A stretch of 55,896 nt of DNA from the IMG/VR virus record IMGVR_UViG_3300021364_000026, positions 1 through 55,896 of that record; one strand, 5' to 3'. Position numbers and translations under genes: made by a program. Positions 37,939-50,200 of this stretch are shown one piece after another. This DNA comes from a virus. Taxonomy: Duplodnaviria; Caudoviricetes. The notes beneath the pieces are model-generated. The model worked only from the letters and a program-made list of their open reading frames with translations. It did not search any database and had not been told where the DNA came from. Position 1 is the first letter of the stretch, and each line of letters opens with the position of its first letter.

Positions 37939-40900
37939 TTAACTAATTTGAGGTGCCGGGAAAACATCATCAATACTGACTTCTTTTTCTTCTCCGTCTA
38001 TAACATCACCTTGTGAATTAAATATGTCTATAATAATTTCTATTTTGCCACTATCAATATCAACAGAGTCTTTGACTTCTGCAGGCTTTCCTTTGTAGAT
38101 AACTTGCCAGCCAGTCAAGTCTAGATTATCATCTTCCAAGAAAGAATAATCTTTTCTACTAGTCAATGCCTGCTCTCTGTCTTCTGCAGCTTGAGAAGAT
38201 TTTGACAACATATCAGATCTTGCGTCTTTAGTCTTTTCTTTCCACAATTTAAACCAGTAAGGTGCACCTTTAAATGATGCAGGCTTACCTCTGTCTGTTG
38301 TAGAATCTGACCCTTTGCCTTTTCTTATTGCTTCAATCTCTGCAGGATTGCCTAAAGGCTTAAGTGGATTATCTAATAAACTTTGATAGTACTCTGTTTT
38401 AAATGCTGATTCTATAAACTTGAGCTCAAATTCTTTGTCTTTTTTATTTCTAATATATTCTAAAAACTCACTAAAGTCTTTAGATGACATCACACTACTT
38501 TCAGCCCAAACTTTACCAATAATTGGTGGTTTGCCACCAGACCTAATGTTCAAACAGTCATCCATTAACTTTTGCGCATTAAAGTTAGTTATTTTATTTT
38601 GTTGTGGACCTTTATTAAAATCATTAATCACGCCATCAGCCTTCTTTAAAAAGTAATCTTTTCTTTGTTCTAGCTCTAGCTTTGGATTAGGAAGCACTGA
38701 TCCTTTGTCTTTAATACCTGTTCTACCCATTGTCCAGTAAATTATAAAGTTAAATATAGACTTACCAAACTCAGGTTTAACATGTTTTGATTGCTTTCCT
38801 TTCGTAAGATTTTCACCTATTCTAGCTGAAGGGTGATTTGCTGCAAAATATTCCTTTACAGCAAAAGCTAAGTCTGCTTCTATCTTGTTCCATATATTGT
38901 TCGCATAAAAGTCTTTCATGTAGTCTGTAGCAAAAACTCTAAAAGATGATAAGCCACCTAATAGCTCGTCTAAGTATTGTGTGTCTTCGTCTTCTTCGTC
39001 ATGATACTCTGAAAGATATGATTCTATAGCAGTCGGATCTGTTACAACTGCTTCCATTTTTTTAAATGTATCTTTTTCTTCTTTTGAAGCAGACCTCAGA
39101 CCTTCAATGCCTACAACAGAGTCTTCTACTAAGTCCATTCTTCTAATTGCATCAATATACTTTTTACCCAATTCAGAATATATTTTAGCTTTCATTTCGT
39201 TATCTGTTGCGTAAAACATTGATTTAAACCATTGTTTAGTAATATCTTGTCTTACACCCCCAGTATTGCTATATGCACCTTGAGAAACTTTAGCAATGTC
39301 AGCGTGACTCATAGGCTCTTCAGTGTTTATGTTGTTTTCTATAAACTCTTCCCATTTTTTAGAAACAACTCTACCAGACGCCGAATCAATATCATTAATG
39401 CTTTCAATCTGATCAATTGCGTCTAACAGCTCAGTATGGATCTCACCTTTTGTTTTATCTGGAAGAATATTAATATGCATAGTTCTTGCTTGCGACAATC
39501 TGTCTAAAGCTTGTTCTAAAGCTTTTTCAGCAGCAGGACTAAGGGGTTTTTTCTCTGAAATCTTAGTTAATTTATCTACTATTGTCAAGTCTAAGTTGTT
39601 TTGCTTTAATAACTTCAGAGCGTCTGACATTTGCATGTCAACTACCTCAATATCTTCAGGTCTAACTTTTTGTGATTTAAGACGCGCAAACTCTGCAGCC
39701 TTTTCATTACTAAGATATAGAGGCTCACCAGTTTCAGGATCAATTGGAGAATTTGCATATTCTTCCTCTTCTTCTCGTCTAAGTCTTGCTTCATACTCTT
39801 CAGTATCTAAAAGATATTGTTGATACTCTTCGTCTGACATTGCTTCTTGATCATTCGGCTTTTTACCACCAATAGGATATTCTGAATTTAAATAGTCTAA
39901 AAATGATTGTGCGCTATCTCTTTGCGTTCCTGCTGCTTTAAATAATAATTTTGTTAATTCATCTTCTTTTATAGCGTCAGTATTTAAAGAACCCATATTA
40001 GACTTATCTATTTTTACAAGAATTTTATCTAATTCTGATCTTACAGCTCTTTTTTCGTCGTGGTCTAGTCCTGATGGTGAACTGGTAAACTTCATCTTTT
40101 TATCACCACGTAAATTTCTTTGCCCTACAGCAACAATTTCTGCATCCATAAATTTTTGTTGCGAATTTAAATAAAACTTTATTTGATGAATAATTTCCCA
40201 TTTTCTCATTGCAGCTTCAGAAGCATTTTGTTCAACAATTAGTTTATATCTAGCAATAATAGCTAATTTATCAATTACTGGAATTTTTTCTAAGTTAGGA
40301 CCAATTCTAGGTTCATTTACAGGAAGATAGAATTTTAATTTTTTTCTTATAAAAGGTATTTTACTTTTCTTTAAAAGCCAATCGTATCGTAACAAAACTT
40401 CAGCTGACTGCTTATTTAAGGACTTGTCACTAGAAGATACTTCGTCATCTTCTTCTTCAAATTCTAAATTCTCTGCATCTTTAGCATCATTTTTTTCAAA
40501 AGCAGCTAATGCTTCCTTTGAACCAGGGACTGCTACTTTTTTATCGTCAATATAATTGTCAAGAAAATCGCTAGCATCAAAAGTTTTTCTTTTTTCTCCT
40601 GCTTCTGAAAGTAAAATTGATTTATTCTTTTCGATTGACTCGATTAGTATTTCTCTAAGCTTACTATTAACTTTTTCGTTTATCGGTGTAATAATTTTGT
40701 TAATTTCTTCCTCAAAAAGATTGTTAGCTGAGTCTTCTCTTTTTCTATTGAGAAGATCATTTAATTCAAATATAAATTTTAATTTTTTATTTTTTGAGCT
40801 ATCTTCTTTTAGTGTTTCTTTTAAAAAATCTTTAATTCCTGCTTCTGTCGGAAATTTACCGTTTGTATTATGCAATGTATTAACATAACTCAATGCTTCA

Positions 40901-41031
40901 GACATTAAAGAATCACTTTCTTTTACTTGCGTCTTAGAAAGATATGACAAAAGATAATATTTTCTTTTAAATTCGTTACTTTTGTTTTCTAAAAGTTTTT
41001 GTACTATTCTAGACTTTTTGCTGTTTAACAT
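37939..41031 (-). CDS. large hypothetical protein (1030 aa) with an internal HTH-like segment
   Basis: Many x-E-S/LSEA motifs in the first 150 aa; MSHADIAKVSQGAYSNTGGVRQDI. Confidence 0.85.
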   Translation of the reverse strand: MLNSKKSRIVQKLLENKSNEFKRKYYLLSYLSKTQVKESDSLMSEALSYVNTLHNTNGKFPTEAGIKDFLKETLKEDSSKNKKLKFIFELNDLLNRKREDSANNLFEEEINKIITPINEKVNSKLREILIESIEKNKSILLSEAGEKRKTFDASDFLDNYIDDKKVAVPGSKEALAAFEKNDAKDAENLEFEEEDDEVSSSDKSLNKQSAEVLLRYDWLLKKSKIPFIRKKLKFYLPVNEPRIGPNLEKIPVIDKLAIIARYKLIVEQNASEAAMRKWEIIHQIKFYLNSQQKFMDAEIVAVGQRNLRGDKKMKFTSSPSGLDHDEKRAVRSELDKILVKIDKSNMGSLNTDAIKEDELTKLLFKAAGTQRDSAQSFLDYLNSEYPIGGKKPNDQEAMSDEEYQQYLLDTEEYEARLRREEEEEYANSPIDPETGEPLYLSNEKAAEFARLKSQKVRPEDIEVVDMQMSDALKLLKQNNLDLTIVDKLTKISEKKPLSPAAEKALEQALDRLSQARTMHINILPDKTKGEIHTELLDAIDQIESINDIDSASGRVVSKKWEEFIENNINTEEPMSHADIAKVSQGAYSNTGGVRQDITKQWFKSMFYATDNEMKAKIYSELGKKYIDAIRRMDLVEDSVVGIEGLRSASKEEKDTFKKMEAVVTDPTAIESYLSEYHDEEDEDTQYLDELLGGLSSFRVFATDYMKDFYANNIWNKIEADLAFAVKEYFAANHPSARIGENLTKGKQSKHVKPEFGKSIFNFIIYWTMGRTGIKDKGSVLPNPKLELEQRKDYFLKKADGVINDFNKGPQQNKITNFNAQKLMDDCLNIRSGGKPPIIGKVWAESSVMSSKDFSEFLEYIRNKKDKEFELKFIESAFKTEYYQSLLDNPLKPLGNPAEIEAIRKGKGSDSTTDRGKPASFKGAPYWFKLWKEKTKDARSDMLSKSSQAAEDREQALTSRKDYSFLEDDNLDLTGWQVIYKGKPAEVKDSVDIDSGKIEIIIDIFNSQGDVIDGEEKEVSIDDVFPAPQIS

Positions 41032-41034
41032 CTA

Positions 41035-41445
41035 TTATTTCACTTTCTCTATAACTTTTTTTATTGTCTTCCAAACATGCTCTATTTCTTTTCTTCCGAT
41101 TTCGCTTTTGTTATTATGAATTAGCGTATTAGAAGCTCGCATCAACTCAGAAGCATTATCAGGAACATAATCTTCATCTTCTAGACTAGAATGTGAAAGC
41201 TTTTCATCGTAAAAAACAGGCATAACATCATTAGGAGTAAGAGGAAGCTCTTCTTCTAAGTCTTCATAAGACTTCATATAATTACCGTCACCATCTATTT
41301 GAGGTCCGGGTTGGTCTTTAGCAGAAGTTCTGTTATTTTTTCCTGCATCCATATCATGATCTAAAGGAAGTCTTAACTCATTGATGTTATTTTCAAACAA
41401 TATACTTCTAGCAATATGTTTAATATCTTTAATATTTATACTCAT
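41035..41445 (-). CDS. hypothetical virion-like protein
   Basis: IKHIARSILFENNINE leader; AGGA RBS. Confidence 0.75.
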   Translation of the reverse strand: MSINIKDIKHIARSILFENNINELRLPLDHDMDAGKNNRTSAKDQPGPQIDGDGNYMKSYEDLEEELPLTPNDVMPVFYDEKLSHSSLEDEDYVPDNASELMRASNTLIHNNKSEIGRKEIEHVWKTIKKVIEKVK

Positions 41446-41492
41446 AAACTATTCCTGATTTCCTATACGTATAAATATTATATTTATTTTGT

Positions 41493-41876
41493 TTAATGAT
41501 ATATCTTTTTCTTTTTCTTTTTATCTGCAGGATCTTCTTCGAACAAAAAATCGTCTGTGTCTTCAAAAAAGCCTATGTCGTCAAAATGCTTCTCTTCATA
41601 ATTGTTATAGCTAGACTTTTGAAAAAGCTTTCCTTCAAAGACAATATTTAAAATGTTATAAAGTTCAGTAATTGCTGATGCTAAAACTGTAATGTCTTTT
41701 GAACAAACATTTTTATAATTTTTAAAAGCATCTTTTAACTCTTTATTTTCTTTTTCTAGCAGATTTATTTTTTCTTCTAATGACTCTATTTTATTTATTT
41801 TGTCATTTAGTTGGACAATCTTAATTTGAATTGCTTTAGTCGTTGTTTTTAAATGGCGAATTTTCTTCAATAGCAT
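41493..41876 (-). CDS. coiled-coil hypothetical protein
   Basis: Heptad-rich; ends KKKKKKIYH; start uncertain. Confidence 0.65.
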   Translation of the reverse strand: MLLKKIRHLKTTTKAIQIKIVQLNDKINKIESLEEKINLLEKENKELKDAFKNYKNVCSKDITVLASAITELYNILNIVFEGKLFQKSSYNNYEEKHFDDIGFFEDTDDFLFEEDPADKKKKKKIYH

Positions 41877-42138
41877 TGTACAAATCTTTCGTGTCAATAT
41901 CTTTTAATCTAGAAAGTTTATTGTTTTTAATTTCGTCTACTTTTTCTTCGATTAGTTTATTAATATACTCGTCACCATTTACAAAGGACTCAGACATAAG
42001 TCTAAAAAACTTTTGCATAGAAAGCTCTTTTAAAAACAAAAGTGCTCTTAATTTTTTGTGCACATCTCCTTGTAATTCAAAGTGAATTGTTTTATTGTTT
42101 ATAATTTTTTTAGCAATCTGCTTCTCGTCTAAACTCAT
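41836..42138 (-). CDS. ribbon-helix-helix-like DNA-binding protein
   Basis: KTIHFEL strand then DVHKKLR and LSMQKFF helices. Confidence 0.65.
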   Translation of the reverse strand: MSLDEKQIAKKIINNKTIHFELQGDVHKKLRALLFLKELSMQKFFRLMSESFVNGDEYINKLIEEKVDEIKNNKLSRLKDIDTKDLYNAIEENSPFKNND

Positions 42139-42147
42139 TATTTCTTC

Positions 42148-42969
42148 TTAGGCACTTGGTTTTGCACCTGCTGCAGCATTATAATTGCTATTGTTAACTT
42201 GTATATCTATTTGAGATTCAGCGGGAAGAAGATTATTAAACTCAGTTTTAAATTTCTCAGCAGTTTCTTTTGCCTTTGAAGGATCTGCATTGTCTATAAT
42301 CCAAGTTAAATAACTTTGTAAAATTAACTCTGCAGGATTGACCTTACTGTAAAAGTTATTAAATAAGTCAAAAGCTTTTTTAGCTTCAGCACTTGCATTA
42401 ATTTCCATTCCTTTAGAGACTTTAGTTGAAAGCTTGTGATATTCACTACCTAATGAATCAATTCTTTCTTGCTCGTCCCGCAAAGAATTTTCTAAATCAT
42501 CAATAACACCAGATGCTTCATCACTTTCTTCTTTTATTAAAGACATTTTTTTTAAACTAGTTTTTCTTGCGAATGATTCTTTTTGAAACGATGTTTCTTT
42601 TGAAATAATTCTACCGATAGGATCAGGTACTAACTCTGCTTTTAAAGTTTGTTGTGCATCTTGAACTTGTTTAATTGTTTTAAGATCAGCACTTAAATCT
42701 TCAATTGAGCTAACAACATCATGACTTTCTTCACCCTCTTTGCCTGACTCTTCTTCGCCATCATCTTCTTCACTTGATTCCTCATCACTAGTATCTTCTT
42801 CTTCTGAAGACTCTTCTTCATCACCTTTTTTATCTTCATCGCCTTCGGAATCATCAAATGCATCTGCAAAAGGATCTTTGTCATCATCTTCAATTAGCAT
42901 TTTTAAACTTATTCCTCTTCCGCCCGACTCAAATAAATGATGCATATTTTTTATAAATTTATCTGACAT
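42148..42969 (-). CDS. acidic hypothetical protein
   Basis: HLFES, MLIED, LIKEE motifs; D/E-rich tract. Confidence 0.8.
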   Translation of the reverse strand: MSDKFIKNMHHLFESGGRGISLKMLIEDDDKDPFADAFDDSEGDEDKKGDEEESSEEEDTSDEESSEEDDGEEESGKEGEESHDVVSSIEDLSADLKTIKQVQDAQQTLKAELVPDPIGRIISKETSFQKESFARKTSLKKMSLIKEESDEASGVIDDLENSLRDEQERIDSLGSEYHKLSTKVSKGMEINASAEAKKAFDLFNNFYSKVNPAELILQSYLTWIIDNADPSKAKETAEKFKTEFNNLLPAESQIDIQVNNSNYNAAAGAKPSA

Positions 42970-42975
42970 TTTAAA

Positions 42976-43716
42976 TTATCCTAAAATCTTAGCTATTTTT
43001 TCTGTTTTGCTTACACGATCTTCAATCACAGACCAGTTAAGTTCTTTCATCATACCATATACATAAGTTTTTCTGTCTTTTAAATAGTCTCTATAATAAC
43101 TGTGTTCCCAACAGTCCATAACTACAACCGGAAGTAGACCAATCATTACATTTTCACTATGTAAATCAATAACAGTGTTCATGTATCTTTTTAAATGTGG
43201 ATTATAAAATGTAACTGCCCAACCATTTCTAGCTGAAAGGCAGCATGCTACAAAGTCTTCTTGCCATTTATCAAAAGTTCCAAAATCTCTCGCTAATTTC
43301 ATATAAGTCAAAGAGTCAACAGTTATTTGACTATTAACATCGCTAATGTTTTCAAAATAAAGACCATGTAAAAACGCAGCATTATGATTATAAGTTTCGT
43401 CAATTTTTAAATTTCTAAAGTCTGAATGATTTAAATTTGCTGAAGACTTGTCACACCCATCAATTTTAGCTGAAACTTTGTTTAGATTTTCAACATAACC
43501 TTCTAAAAGCTCTTGATGTGATTTCTTTGTCTTATCAGATAAAAGCTCTGTTCTAAGCTTAAACTTTCCAGCTTCAGTAACATACGCCTCAGAAATAACT
43601 TCATCATATTCGACGTTAACGTCAGAAAAAACTTTATTGTTTTTATGATTGTTTAATAAACCACTTTCGTTAAGTGTTTCTGAGATTGCATTTTTTATAA
43701 TGTCATTAATGTTCAT
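42976..43716 (-). CDS. sod: Fe/Mn superoxide dismutase with N-terminal extension
   Basis: SH...GYVENLN, LHGLYFENI, GW, DCWEHSYYRDY (four metal ligands). Confidence 0.92.
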   Translation of the reverse strand: MNINDIIKNAISETLNESGLLNNHKNNKVFSDVNVEYDEVISEAYVTEAGKFKLRTELLSDKTKKSHQELLEGYVENLNKVSAKIDGCDKSSANLNHSDFRNLKIDETYNHNAAFLHGLYFENISDVNSQITVDSLTYMKLARDFGTFDKWQEDFVACCLSARNGWAVTFYNPHLKRYMNTVIDLHSENVMIGLLPVVVMDCWEHSYYRDYLKDRKTYVYGMMKELNWSVIEDRVSKTEKIAKILG

Positions 43717-43721
43717 GTTGA

Positions 43722-44240
43722 TTATTCTTCCTCTATTTTTAGACGAAATCTTTCTTCAAATTCACCCATTGGCACTAGTATATATTTTCTATCAGGAAGT
43801 TTAGGCGCCATATCAGGCTCATCGACAAAATTTTCTTCTTCGTTTTCTGGTCTATCTAAAGGCTCTTCTTCGCCAAATAAATAGCTATCACTGTCCGCTA
43901 CAGGACTTATGTCTCTATCTAGACCACTACCTCTACTATAAAAACCTATCTCGCCTCGATCTTCTTCTTTAAGACTCTGCGTTGACTCGCTACCATACGC
44001 ATCTTCTCTAGGTTCGTCAGGAAGATAAAGCTTTGCAAACTCTTCACTTCCTTTTTTAACTATCGTATCAAATGTATATTGATTCCCAGCTGCATCTAAC
44101 ACCTTAAGCCCTTTTGCATATTCTAGTACATTAACACCACGCTTATCTTTAATTGTTATTTTTTCGTTAAGAAAGTAATTAATTCTATTACTGTATTCTT
44201 CTTTTAAAACTTTTTTCATCATTCTCTCATCAAGTTTCAT
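43722..44240 (-). CDS. hypothetical virion-like protein
   Basis: MKLDERMMKKVLKEEY leader. Confidence 0.78.
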   Translation of the reverse strand: MKLDERMMKKVLKEEYSNRINYFLNEKITIKDKRGVNVLEYAKGLKVLDAAGNQYTFDTIVKKGSEEFAKLYLPDEPREDAYGSESTQSLKEEDRGEIGFYSRGSGLDRDISPVADSDSYLFGEEEPLDRPENEEENFVDEPDMAPKLPDRKYILVPMGEFEERFRLKIEEE

Positions 44241-44249
44241 TTTAAAACT

Positions 44250-47200
44250 CTACTTTAAATTCCATAGTTTTTTATATTCTTTTTCTAGAACATTAGATTC
44301 TCTTATTATATTAGTAATATTAACAACATCATTTAATTTTCTTTGCTTAACATTTCTATAAGATCTTCTACGTGAATATGATTCTTGCAAAGATAAACCA
44401 CCAATAGCAGCATCAGCCTTGACAAAAGCGTCTTTATACGCTGCTTTAAATTTCTTTAAATCATCATCAGATGCAAATGAATAATTGGCACCCCCGCCAC
44501 TGTGGTGGGTTCTTATTGTAATATCATAAACAGATTTCAACTGATCGATAACATCATTATTGTCGACACTTGCAAACTGATTAAATAAAGCTTGAGAATA
44601 ATATGTTTCTGCAGAATTATTTTGTTTTTTGGTCGCATGATAACTTAAACATCTATTGTTTTTATAATCAGAAGATTCTTGATTGCCAATATTAAGAATT
44701 TTTTCTGCTGCTAATTGTCTAGCATAATCTAAAATATTATGTGCACCATCAAAGCTAGTAGGATCATTATAGCTTACATTGTTTAAGTCATAAATCGAGT
44801 CTATTATTCCTACAACACGACCAAATTCATTACTACTATAACTAACATCTTCTTTTGTAACCTTGAAGAGGCCGTTAACAATGTCCATAAACAACTCAGA
44901 GTCACCTTTAGAAAAGTCGTTTGAAAAACCAACTCTTTGAATATTAGGTATACTTTCAAAGAGTTCACCAGAGTTAACTAAATTATAAAGTTTCTTAACT
45001 TCAGCAACATTAATAAGAGGACGATTTCTTCTTTTGGTCTTAATAGCTGTATCGATTAACTTATCAAGTCCAGTAAGCTCTTCGCTCTCTGCAGATACAA
45101 GTTTAACAGCATCACCAATTGTTCCGCCTGACTGTTGCATTCCTTGAAGTTGCTGCATCAATTGAGGATTTTGCATCATCATCATAAAGAAAGCAAACAT
45201 TGGGTTACCGCCACAACTATTCATTAAGTTCATAAATTGTGCAGGATCAAAAGGTTGATTCATATCTTTAGGAACTGGAGCATTCTTTGTTTCTTCTTCT
45301 ACTTCTTTTGAAGCAGGTTCTCCTTCTTTAGCTTCTTTGTTAACCATGTCTTCTGCAACAACTGCATTTAAGTTTAGTTTCTTAAACTCTTCAACACCTG
45401 TTATTTCTACATCAAAGTTTGATTTAAGATAAGCTGCAACTGTACCTAATAAATAATTTTCTGCTTCTTTAAACTCTTTAGAACTTTCTTCTAATTCACT
45501 ATCTCCATACATAAGAACGCCTGAAGCATTTAGTTCACTTCTAAGATCATCAGCTGTTATTGATTTAGCTGTTTCTTCAAGAAGTAATGAATTAGATTCA
45601 AATAACAAGCTGCTTAATTTACCTAAAATATATTCGCTAGATTCATTTAAGTCTTTAGCTTTCTTGACAATTGATAGCATAACATCTGCAAGCTTTGAGG
45701 TGTCTTCAGCTGTACTAGCCTTTAAAGCTTTATCTCTATTTGTTTTGACTTTTTCGCCATCAATTCTATTAATTACTGACTCGTAGCTATTATTTTTAAA
45801 TAGTCTAGTAAATATACCCGTGCTTTCTTTATGGAATGTATGCTTATCTGCAGTCTTAACTAATTCAGCATGCTTCTTCTTATCATACTTTTTAATAATA
45901 CCTGAACATACATTTGCCAAGTCTTTTTCAAGCTGATCAAGAATCATATCATCAGTTATATCTTCTGCTTTAAGTTTACTAGCCTTGTTCTTTCCTCTTC
46001 CAAATAACCCAGGATTTTTTCTTAGATCTTGTTTTATCTTGTTAGCTAATCCCCTACCAGCAACTGATTTTGTCTGAGGCGTAGAGCTTCCTGAAGGACT
46101 TAAAGAATCAATCTTTGCGAGCTCGCCTGTAATGTTAACACTATTCTCAGCTAACTCTTTTCTATACTTTATTAAAGTTTTACAAATAATCTCAGAAAAC
46201 ATTACAGCAGGAAGTCTAGACCAGTCGACTTCACCTAACATATTAGATACCCTACCTGTTTCTAATATACGTTTGTCTGCTCTCATATAAGTTGCTAAAC
46301 CAATTTTTGTCAATAATAAAATTGGATATACATCGTTAAATTCAAGTCCTCCTCCATCTGCATCTGCTGGGTCGACATCTTTATTAACATCTTTGTTAAC
46401 ATCTTTATTAACATCTTTGTTAACATCTTTATTACCAGCTTCTGTTCCACCTTCATTACCAGCTTCTGTTCCACCTTCATTACCAGCTTCTGTTCCACCT
46501 TCATTACCAGCTTCTGTTCCACCTTCATTACCAGCTTCTGTTCCACCTTCATTACCAGGTTTTAAATCTTTAATTGTTCGAACATTATCATCAAATAATT
46601 CGTCATCAGATGTAAACGTTGCAGACTTTTGACTAGTTGTTCTACCAAGTTCTCTAACATCAGATACGTCTTTATTTAAATTCTTTACTAACTCATCACG
46701 ACCTTCTGGAGATGCAGGATATGATTGAGCATCTTCTAAGGCATTCCCATCTTTGTCTAAATGTTCAACTCTAAAAGTATCATTAGTTTTATCATAACTT
46801 ACTTCCCATTTGTGATTATTTGGAATATTTGCATTGTCATTCATATAACCATTAATAGCATCAGCTTGATTTTGAGCAGCAAATTCACCATTATCTAATT
46901 CAATTTTCTTAAGATTTTCAAGCTCATCAGAGCTAACCGCTTGAACTTCTTCAGCTGATACTTCATCTGGCGATCCTTTTGCGGCCTCAGCATCAGCATC
47001 AGCAGTGGCTTCTTTGGCAGCTGCATCAGCGGCAGCCTCCTCAGCATTAGCTGATTCTATTTCAGTATCAGCGAGATTAGACTTAGCTTGTTTAAGTTTT
47101 TCTTGAGCAGTCTTTAACGTGTCCTCTAACCCTTCAACCTGAGCTCTTACTGAATCTATATCTTCAGGGTCAGCCTCGATAGTTTCTTTAGCTAAAAGAT

Positions 47201-50200
47201 CTGCTTTAGCATTAGCTAAGTCTAGACGTGCTTGAGCTAAATTTTGCTTTTGGGTTGCAATTTCTAGTTTATATGAAGCTCTCTCTAACTCTTGTCTAGC
47301 TGATTCAATAACTTCAGGATCAGCGCCTTCTCGATCTAATTTCAAGAATTTTTCAGAAAGACTATCTGCAACTTTTGTTGCATCTTTAACATTTTCGCTA
47401 GCTGCTTTAAGCTGCTCACTGTATTCTTCGATGTCGAATTTTGCATCAGCAAGTTTAGGATGCTGAAGTCTAACATCATTTAAATAATCTAAGCTTTCAT
47501 TGTACTCTTCTAATGCTTCATTATACGCTGCTTCAGCAGCACTTTTCTTATTCACAGCTGGTAACAGTTTACCAAATATATCTGGGTCAGAGTCAGATGT
47601 TAAGACTTCATGCCATTCTTTTTGTGCAGCCTCTAAAGCTTTTTTAGCATTTTCTAGATTTTCTATTGCAGGTTTATGCGCATCATTAGCTATTTCTAAT
47701 TGCTGTTCAAAAGAATCAGAACTCATTGATGAAACAGTTTCTGACTGCTCTACTTGCTCTTTAGTCTTAAACCCTTCTGTAGGCTTGTCTTGTTTTTTAA
47801 GACTTTCAACATGTGCTTCATTAGCATCCTTATCAAAATAATTAGGTTCAACTGGTTTTTTTGCTGGAAGTTCAGAATTTCCTTTTATTGAAGTTGCATC
47901 TTTAATTAAATCTTCTTGCTGTAAACCTGCATATTTATCATTTATTTCAGGTCGAATTTTAACACCATTATCGTATGCAAAAACTCTTGATTTTCCTGCC
48001 ATAACATCTTTAATACTATATTCAATTTGACTGCCATCTTTAAACTTAATAAAAACACTTGAATCGTCTGAGGTGATTTTTCCAATTTTGCCTAGCAAGC
48101 CCGGATGGAATTCACCAGTAATGCCATCAGCTTTGGTCATGTCAATTAAGTCTGATAATTCACGTCCGTCTCGAAGAGCATTATAATGCTGACTTACCAC
48201 ATCCTTCAAGTCCGAAGCACTTCCACTTTTTAAAGAGTTAAACTCAGACTGTGTTAGTTTAAATTGTTCCCAAGGTTTGTCGTCTTTAGTAAATGAAACA
48301 ATAAAATTGTCGCCTTCTCTTTTGATACTAGAGTAGTCTATATCAAGCTTAAACTTTTTAAAAGCTCCTTCTAAATTTGTAGTAATGGCACTTTGATCAT
48401 CGTCGGAAATAGTAACTTTTTGAAGAGCCTCAGAAGCTTTTTGTTTAAAGTCAGGATGTTTCTGCGCCCCGGCACCTTTAAGCCCAGGACTAGGTGCTTC
48501 GAACAGAAAATTGCTTAAAGAGCCTGAGATTATGTTTTCATTTAAAAGATTCTCAACGTCTCTTTTTGTAAAGTTTTCACCTAATTCTGCAAATAAGCCA
48601 TCCACGTCTTTGACAAGCATTAAAGCTTCATTTCTAGTTAAGCCTAAAACGTTTTCCATTATTTTAAAGTATGCTTTGCGTGATTTTTCTTTTCTTGATC
48701 CAATTCTAGAGAACCATCCTTGTTTTTGTCCTTCGATTTTTTTGAGCTCTTCATTTAAAGCATTCATAATATCTTTTTTAAAATTTTCAGTTCCAAATTT
48801 TTCTGATATTATTTTTGTAAGCTCAATTCGCATTTGATTAATTTGAAAGCTTTTTGCTTTCTTTTTAGAATTTTTGCTTTTTGCATCATCAGCATCATCT
48901 GCTTCTTTTAATAAATAAGCTAAACCTAATTTATAAATAAAATCAACATTTTCATTCATTGAATCATCTTGCAGCATGTCAATAATTCCAGCAAATGAAT
49001 TTCTTTTATTGTCTGAGCTACCAAAGAAAGACTCAATTAACATGTTTTCAATTGAACTTACGTTAATAAAGTTACCTATTTTAGTTTCTGATTTGTATTT
49101 ATAAGCATTGTCTATAATTTCGCTATAGATCTTTTGCCCTAAAGGATTGAGGTTTTCTTTTTTCTTCTTTTTCTCTTCATTTTGTTTAAAGCCGTTAGCA
49201 ACACCTACTAATTGTTCTGAACTGTATGTCAACGTTATGCCTTGTTCTTTAAGCTTATCCTCTAATCCCATAAATATATTGATATAGAGACCTGAAAGTA
49301 TTCCTTTAATAGAACTTCTAATCATAGGTTCAGCAGCTTTTAAAACTTCTTGAGAAAACATTTCAGGAGTTTTATAATAACCTTTTCCTCTTTCTATAGC
49401 ATTTTGTGCTATTTTAAAAAAGCTTTTGCCTATATAAGCAGTAGCTGCTGCAGCAAAAAGATAAGGAGCAGCTCCTGCTATAGTTGTAACAGTACCAATC
49501 GAACCTATTATAGGAATGAATGTAGCTCCATATGCTAGCATCCCTGCAGTAGCGCCTGCCTTTGCAGCTGAATCTACAGCACTTGCCGCACCTTTTGCAG
49601 TTATTTTTTCATTTAAAGGTTTGCCGCTAATATCATGACCTGCATTTAAAGTTCCAGCATTTCCACCTAATATTCCAGCAATTGCGTTCTGAATCATTTT
49701 GTTTAAAGTATTCTCTAGATCATCTTTAAACGTTTCGCTATCAAGCTCTTCTAAGAAAACATCTAAATCTGCACTATCTTCTTTAAGCTTTCTCATGACA
49801 GCGTTCATTATTATAAAGCTATCGATATCATTGCTTTGAACTTGATCTTCAAGCATTTTATCTAAATTTAACTTAATAGGCTTGTTGTCTTTAATAGACT
49901 TTTCAATCGCTTCAAGATATTTTGTGCCAATAAACTCTTTTGTTTTATGATTTGGACTACCTTTGATCAAAGGAGACAAAGATTCAAATTCATCGTCAAT
50001 AGCTTTTTTAATGCTAGGTACTAGATTTTCTCTAGTTATCTGATCAGTTGAAGCCTGTTTTCTTTGTTCAGCACCTGAAATAGGAATATCGTCTGTATTT
50101 CCTTTTATAGCTGATATCAAGATCTTTACAATTTTTTGTAAAAGAGCTCTTCCTTTGCCTCCGTAGTAGTCAAAAACTTTTTTTGCTTCTTCTTTACTAT

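Noticed and set aside
46431-46558. CRISPR array
   Set aside because: Repeats are contiguous with no spacers, in frame within a CDS, and no cas genes are present
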